A DNA stretch of 64,000 nucleotides from Streptomyces sp. enrichment culture (GTDB taxonomy: Bacteria > Actinomycetota > Actinomycetes > Streptomycetales > Streptomycetaceae). Shown here piece after piece: positions 59,959 to 64,000 of the stretch. Every line of letters begins with the position of its first letter. Positions within the stretch are counted from its first letter, which is position 1. Both the position numbers and the translations under genes were made by a program. Location: contig NZ_OZ186875.1 in NCBI RefSeq assembly GCF_964273145.1, forward strand, positions 54,038 to 118,037, written 5' to 3'. The notes below the pieces were generated by a model. It was not told where the DNA came from. It was given only the letters and a program-made list of their open reading frames with translations, and did not search any database.

Positions 59959-61362
59959 CTAGTCCGACGTGCCCTTCACCGCGTTCTCCAACTGGGCGCC
60001 GGTGTAGGCCTCCGCGTCGCGGAAGTACTCCACCCGCAGGCTCTCGGCGCTGCGCACCCCGTTGACGACCCGGTCCTTCTCGTAGGCGTCGAGCAGCTCC
60101 TGGGCCTCGGTGGTGGCCTCGGCGAACCGCCGGCCGGGCCCGGCACCGCGCCGCAGCACGTCGTCCATCGCGCGGGTCATGACGTCCTGCGCACCGGCGA
60201 AGTCCCCGAACAGGGCGCCGCGGCACGGCGGCACGCCCGCGCCCTCGGCGTAGGAGCCGAGCTGCTCGCTGGCCAGGCGGTGGTGGGGGTGCGCGTCGAA
60301 CCAGCCCTCCTCCTCCAGCAGGCGGTAGGAGGAGCGGGTGACCGGGACGAAGCTGGAGGCGATGTGCCGGTCGGCGGCGTTGCGCGGGTTGTTCAGGAAC
60401 TGCATGAACGCCAGCGCGCCGTCCTGGGTGACCTCGTCGAGGCCGTTCGCCAGCCACAGCGAGGTGCCGGCGATGATGTTGCCCCCGTAGGGCTCGCCGT
60501 CGCGGTGGGGGAAGCGGCCGACGGACATCTCGAACCCGGCGTTCCGCGCCGCCGTCGCCATGTAGTTGAGGTCGTTGGAGGAGGTGATGCGCAGCGCCAC
60601 GTCCTGGTCGGCGAACGCCTTGAGGTTGCCCTCCCAGTCCGGGATCTTGCCGGTGTAGAGGTAGTGGCCCCTGCGGTGCAGCTCGCGCCACCACGAGGCC
60701 CAGGTGAGCATCTCCCGCGAGGCGAGGTCCAGCCGGCTCGCCCGGCCCGCGCGGCCGTTGGCGTTGTCGGCGAGCTCGCCGCCCTGCACCGCGAGCGCCT
60801 GCTGGAAGAACAGGCCGTGGTTGGCCCAGGTGATGCCGTGCGGGGGCCCGTCCGGCAGGGCCGCCACCGCCTCGCAGGCCGCCTCGATCCCGCCCCACGT
60901 CGTGGGCAGGGAGGTGACACCGGCCCGGTCCAGGACCGTCTTGTTGCCGTAGATCAGCATGGCGGTGACCACGGCGGGCATCGAGGTGAGGTCGCCGCCC
61001 GGCGAGTAGTGCTCGCGCACGGCCGGCAGGAGGTCGTCGACGACCACCGGCTCGCCGAGGATCTCGGTGCGGCCGGCGATCGCCTTCTGCACCGAGGTGA
61101 ACAGGGGGCGGCCGTCGCGGGTGCGCGAGTCCCGGGCCGCCTGGGTGACCGCGAAGTAGTACTCCGCGACCGCCGGCGGCCGCCCGGCGTCCGCGGCCTG
61201 GGCGATCTGCTGGGACAGCAGCCGGAAATCCCGGCCCTCGATGTTGATCCGGTACTCGGGATGCGCCTTCTCGAACTCGGCTCCGAGCCGGTGGAGCCGG
61301 TCCATGTAGCCGGGGAACGTCAGGTCGGCCACCCAGACGTCGATCACGGTCCTGGCGGTCAT
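59959..61362 (-). CDS. UgpB-like solute-binding-fold protein without a signal peptide (SgcB1-like)
   Basis: FEKAHPEYRINI, PPAVAEY, YGNKTVL..AG and AGTSLW motifs. Confidence 0.75.
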   Translation of the reverse strand: MTARTVIDVWVADLTFPGYMDRLHRLGAEFEKAHPEYRINIEGRDFRLLSQQIAQAADAGRPPAVAEYYFAVTQAARDSRTRDGRPLFTSVQKAIAGRTEILGEPVVVDDLLPAVREHYSPGGDLTSMPAVVTAMLIYGNKTVLDRAGVTSLPTTWGGIEAACEAVAALPDGPPHGITWANHGLFFQQALAVQGGELADNANGRAGRASRLDLASREMLTWASWWRELHRRGHYLYTGKIPDWEGNLKAFADQDVALRITSSNDLNYMATAARNAGFEMSVGRFPHRDGEPYGGNIIAGTSLWLANGLDEVTQDGALAFMQFLNNPRNAADRHIASSFVPVTRSSYRLLEEEGWFDAHPHHRLASEQLGSYAEGAGVPPCRGALFGDFAGAQDVMTRAMDDVLRRGAGPGRRFAEATTEAQELLDAYEKDRVVNGVRSAESLRVEYFRDAEAYTGAQLENAVKGTSD

Positions 61363-61423
61363 GCGGGGCCTCGTCTCTCTAGGTCTGTCTTGTCGAACCG
61401 TCGGGGCGCGTCCCACCGTGCCG

Positions 61424-62593
61424 TCAGGCCGCCGCGGCCACGGGACGCAGGGTGCGGGCGAAGGCGCGGATGTCGCCGGTGAGCGCGGTGGGCTGTTCCA
61501 GCGCGGCGAAGTGGCCGCCCCGCTCGAACTCGGTCCAGTGCGTGATGGTGGGGATGTCCCGGTCGGCGAGGCTGCGGACGGGGACGAAGATGTCGTCGGG
61601 GAAGACGGCGACGCCCACCGGCACGGTCAGCGGCGGCGGCACGGTCCCGGCCGCCGCGGCGCGCACGCCGGCCGCGCCCTCGTAGTAGAACTGGGCGGAC
61701 GAGCCTGCCGTCGCCGTCAGCCAGTAGATCGTGACGTTCGTCAGCAGGCGGTCGCGGTCGACCGCGTCCTCGGGCCGCTCCGTCGCGCCCGTCCAGTCCC
61801 GGAACTTCTCCACGATCCAGGCGAGCTGGCCGGCCGGGGAGTCGGTGAGCGCGTAGGCGAGCGTCTGCGGGCGGGTCTGCTGCAGCTTCATGTAACCGGA
61901 GAGCTCCGCGTCGAAGCGGGCCAGTCCGCCCAGGCGTTCCAGGTCGCGCTCGTCGAGACCGGCCAGCTCGGCGGGGTCACCGGAGGGGAAGGTCATCAGC
62001 ATGTTCACGTGGACGCCGATGACGTGCCCGGGGTCGGTGCGGCCGAGTTCCAGGGAGATCACCGCTCCGGCGTCGCCGCCCTGCGCGAGGTAACGGCCGT
62101 AGCCCAGGCGGGCCATCAGCTCGGCCCAGGCGCGGGCGATCCGCGCGGTGTCCCAGCCCGCCTCGGGCAGCGTGGAGAACCCGTAGCCCGGGATGGACGG
62201 GATGACCAGGTGGAAGGCGTCCGACGGATCCCCGCCGTGCGCCCGCGGGTCGCTCAGCGGCCCGATCACGTCCAGGAACTCGGCGACGGAACCCGGCCAG
62301 CCGTGGGTGAGCAGCAGCGGCGTCGCGTCGGGCTCGGGGGAGCGCACGTGCAGGAAGTGCACGCGGGCACCGTCGATCTCCTCGGTGAACTGCGGGTGGG
62401 CGTTCAGCTCGGCCTCCGCGGCGCGCCAGTCGAAGGAGTGGCGCCAGTACGCGACGAGCTCCTTGAGGTACCCCAGCGGCACCCCGCGGTCCCAGCCGAC
62501 ACCGGGCAGCTCGCCCGGCCAGCGGGTCGCGTCCAGGCGCCGGTGCAGCTGGTCGAGCTGGTCCTGCGGGATGTCGATGCGGAAGGGTCGCAT
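61424..62593 (-). CDS. sgcF: Epoxide hydrolase (SgcF/NcsF-like)
   Basis: [21 protein letters not shown] and [10 protein letters not shown] motifs. Confidence 0.9.
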   Translation of the reverse strand: MRPFRIDIPQDQLDQLHRRLDATRWPGELPGVGWDRGVPLGYLKELVAYWRHSFDWRAAEAELNAHPQFTEEIDGARVHFLHVRSPEPDATPLLLTHGWPGSVAEFLDVIGPLSDPRAHGGDPSDAFHLVIPSIPGYGFSTLPEAGWDTARIARAWAELMARLGYGRYLAQGGDAGAVISLELGRTDPGHVIGVHVNMLMTFPSGDPAELAGLDERDLERLGGLARFDAELSGYMKLQQTRPQTLAYALTDSPAGQLAWIVEKFRDWTGATERPEDAVDRDRLLTNVTIYWLTATAGSSAQFYYEGAAGVRAAAAGTVPPPLTVPVGVAVFPDDIFVPVRSLADRDIPTITHWTEFERGGHFAALEQPTALTGDIRAFARTLRPVAAAA

Positions 62594-62879
62594 GAGGGCT
62601 CCGTCGGAGGCTGGCCGCCGGGCGGCCGGGAATCGGGGGAACACGGGCGGACTCCCACGCAGCGGGACCGGTTCCCGGACCACCCGGAGCGCCCGGCTGT
62701 ATCGTCCGCCGCCCCCGGAGCCGCCCGCATCTTGCGGATTGCTGCGCCGGACCGCCCGCGGGTCCGCGGGGCGCAGGAGCGCAGCCCGGAAGATGCGGCG
62801 GTCCTGCGGCCCCTGGAAGCGTGGCGCATCGCGCGCGGTGCCGGCGCCTGCCGCACCGATCCAGGAAAGGACACCGCAG

Positions 62880-64000
62880 ATGACCGTCTCCCCCGCCCCC
62901 GCCCCCGCTCATGCCCCGGCCGTCGGTCTCGCCGAGCGGTTCGTGCGCGCCGCGCCGGACGAGGTGCCCGCGCGTTTTCACGCCCTGGTGGCCGCCCTGT
63001 GGGACGACGGCCGGGCGAGCGCGGACGCCCCGGCCGCGGTGCCGTCGCTCGTGACGGCCCTGGAGCGGGCCGGCACCGAGCGCAAGGGGTACCTGGCCGT
63101 CCTGCTGGGTCTGCTGGCCGAGACGGAGTACCCGGACCTGGACGGCCCGCTCACCCGCGCCGTACGCAGCCGGCTGGACGTCTACCTCGAGTTGCTGGCC
63201 GGCGAGGACATCGGCACGCCGCTCACCCTCGCCCTGCTCTACCTGCTGTCGCACTTCCCGGGCGAACGCGAGCGGATCCTCGCCGCGGTCTCGCGGCTGG
63301 ACCTGGAGGCGGAGGACCTCTCCCGGCTGGACCGGTCGCTCAGCGCGCTCGACCCGTCCCGCCCGGACCTCGGCCGGGTGTGGCCCTCGCCGTCGGTGTG
63401 GACCCTGAACGAGCAGGAGCGCGCCTTCGACCGGAGCTGGATCGGTGGACTGACGCCGGCGCAGACCGTGGCGGCCTGGGAGGACGACACCCGTACCGTC
63501 CTCGGCTGCACCGGCGCCCGCGCGTACTGGGCGGTGTGCCACGGCGATCCGCGCAACCTGCCCGCCGCCCCCCTCCCCGAGCGCCGTGACATCAGCCTCC
63601 CCGTCGCCGACTCGGCCCTGTTCGCCCCGCACCTGGGCGCGCTGCGCTGCCCCTCCTGCCAGGCCTCCCTGACCTGCGACGAGGGCGTCGTGCGCTGCTC
63701 CGGCTGCACGGCCCGCTACCCGGTCGCCGGCGGCATCCTCGACCTGACCGCGACCGCCGGTCACGAGGGCGACGCCGCCGATTTCCTGGAGAAGCTGTCC
63801 CGGGTGCCCAGCATGGGGCTGTTCTACGAGGCCGTCGCCCGTCCCGCCTTCCTGCGGGTGTCCGGCTCCAACTGGGGCGGCGCGGTCACCGAGGAGGACG
63901 AGGACCGCTACCTCGCCGAACACGTCCGGCCCGTGGAGGGCCCCGTCCTCGACCTGGGGGCCGGCGCCGGCCGCTGGACCGCCGTCGTCGCCGAGACGGT
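62880..64000 (+). CDS. Multi-domain SAM methyltransferase (helical N-domain, Zn ribbon, MTase); 3'-partial and absent from the ORF track
   Basis: Manual translation from ATG 62880 (RBS AGGAAAGGA): ...LRCPSC.....[17 protein letters not shown]...[11 protein letters not shown]; open to the window end. Confidence 0.8.
   Translation, partial: MTVSPAPAPAHAPAVGLAERFVRAAPDEVPARFHALVAALWDDGRASADAPAAVPSLVTALERAGTERKGYLAVLLGLLAETEYPDLDGPLTRAVRSRLDVYLELLAGEDIGTPLTLALLYLLSHFPGERERILAAVSRLDLEAEDLSRLDRSLSALDPSRPDLGRVWPSPSVWTLNEQERAFDRSWIGGLTPAQTVAAWEDDTRTVLGCTGARAYWAVCHGDPRNLPAAPLPERRDISLPVADSALFAPHLGALRCPSCQASLTCDEGVVRCSGCTARYPVAGGILDLTATAGHEGDAADFLEKLSRVPSMGLFYEAVARPAFLRVSGSNWGGAVTEEDEDRYLAEHVRPVEGPVLDLGAGAGRWTAVVAET

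Noticed and set aside
1..64000. CRISPR array, tRNA/rRNA genes, enediyne apoprotein
   Set aside because: No repeat-spacer structure or RNA-gene signature seen; tandem repeats are in-frame coding; no small secreted Cys-paired apoprotein ORF recognised
1..64000. Identification as the C-1027 or neocarzinostatin cluster
   Set aside because: MppJ-like, ThDP and Asp-less A-PCP genes do not fit C-1027's beta-tyrosine route, and benzoxazolinate genes do not fit neocarzinostatin

Overview
High-GC actinomycete (Streptomyces-like) DNA. The whole window lies inside a biosynthetic gene cluster for a nine-membered enediyne that runs off both edges. From left to right it contains: (1) a gamma-butyrolactone/butenolide signalling locus (afsA-like synthase missing from the ORF track, receptor, HAD phosphatase, SDR, pseudo-receptor) and a TylR/SgcR3-type regulator derived from an IS701 transposase; (2) the enediyne core cassette (E1-E5, pksE, E10, E6, E7, E8, E9, M, E11) with AraC and StrR-like regulators; (3) an unusual aryl-acid module (prephenate dehydrogenase, MppJ-type phenylpyruvate C3-methyltransferase, ThDP enzyme, SgcC-like hydroxylase, A-PCP lacking the amino-binding Asp, truncated MbtH, stand-alone C domain); (4) tailoring and resistance genes (SgcJ, SgcL-like, P450s, SRPBCC, MFS pump, epoxide hydrolase); (5) a C-1027-type benzoxazolinate set (SgcG/H/D/D1/D5 plus D4- and D6-like genes); and (6) a ~2.5 kb inverted-repeat-bounded insert carrying an ECF42-DGPF pair and transposase debris. 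Four cis-regulatory motif families can be read from the DNA, including a 13-copy fixed-spacing promoter motif. Gene names are homology calls from recalled motifs and synteny, not database searches.
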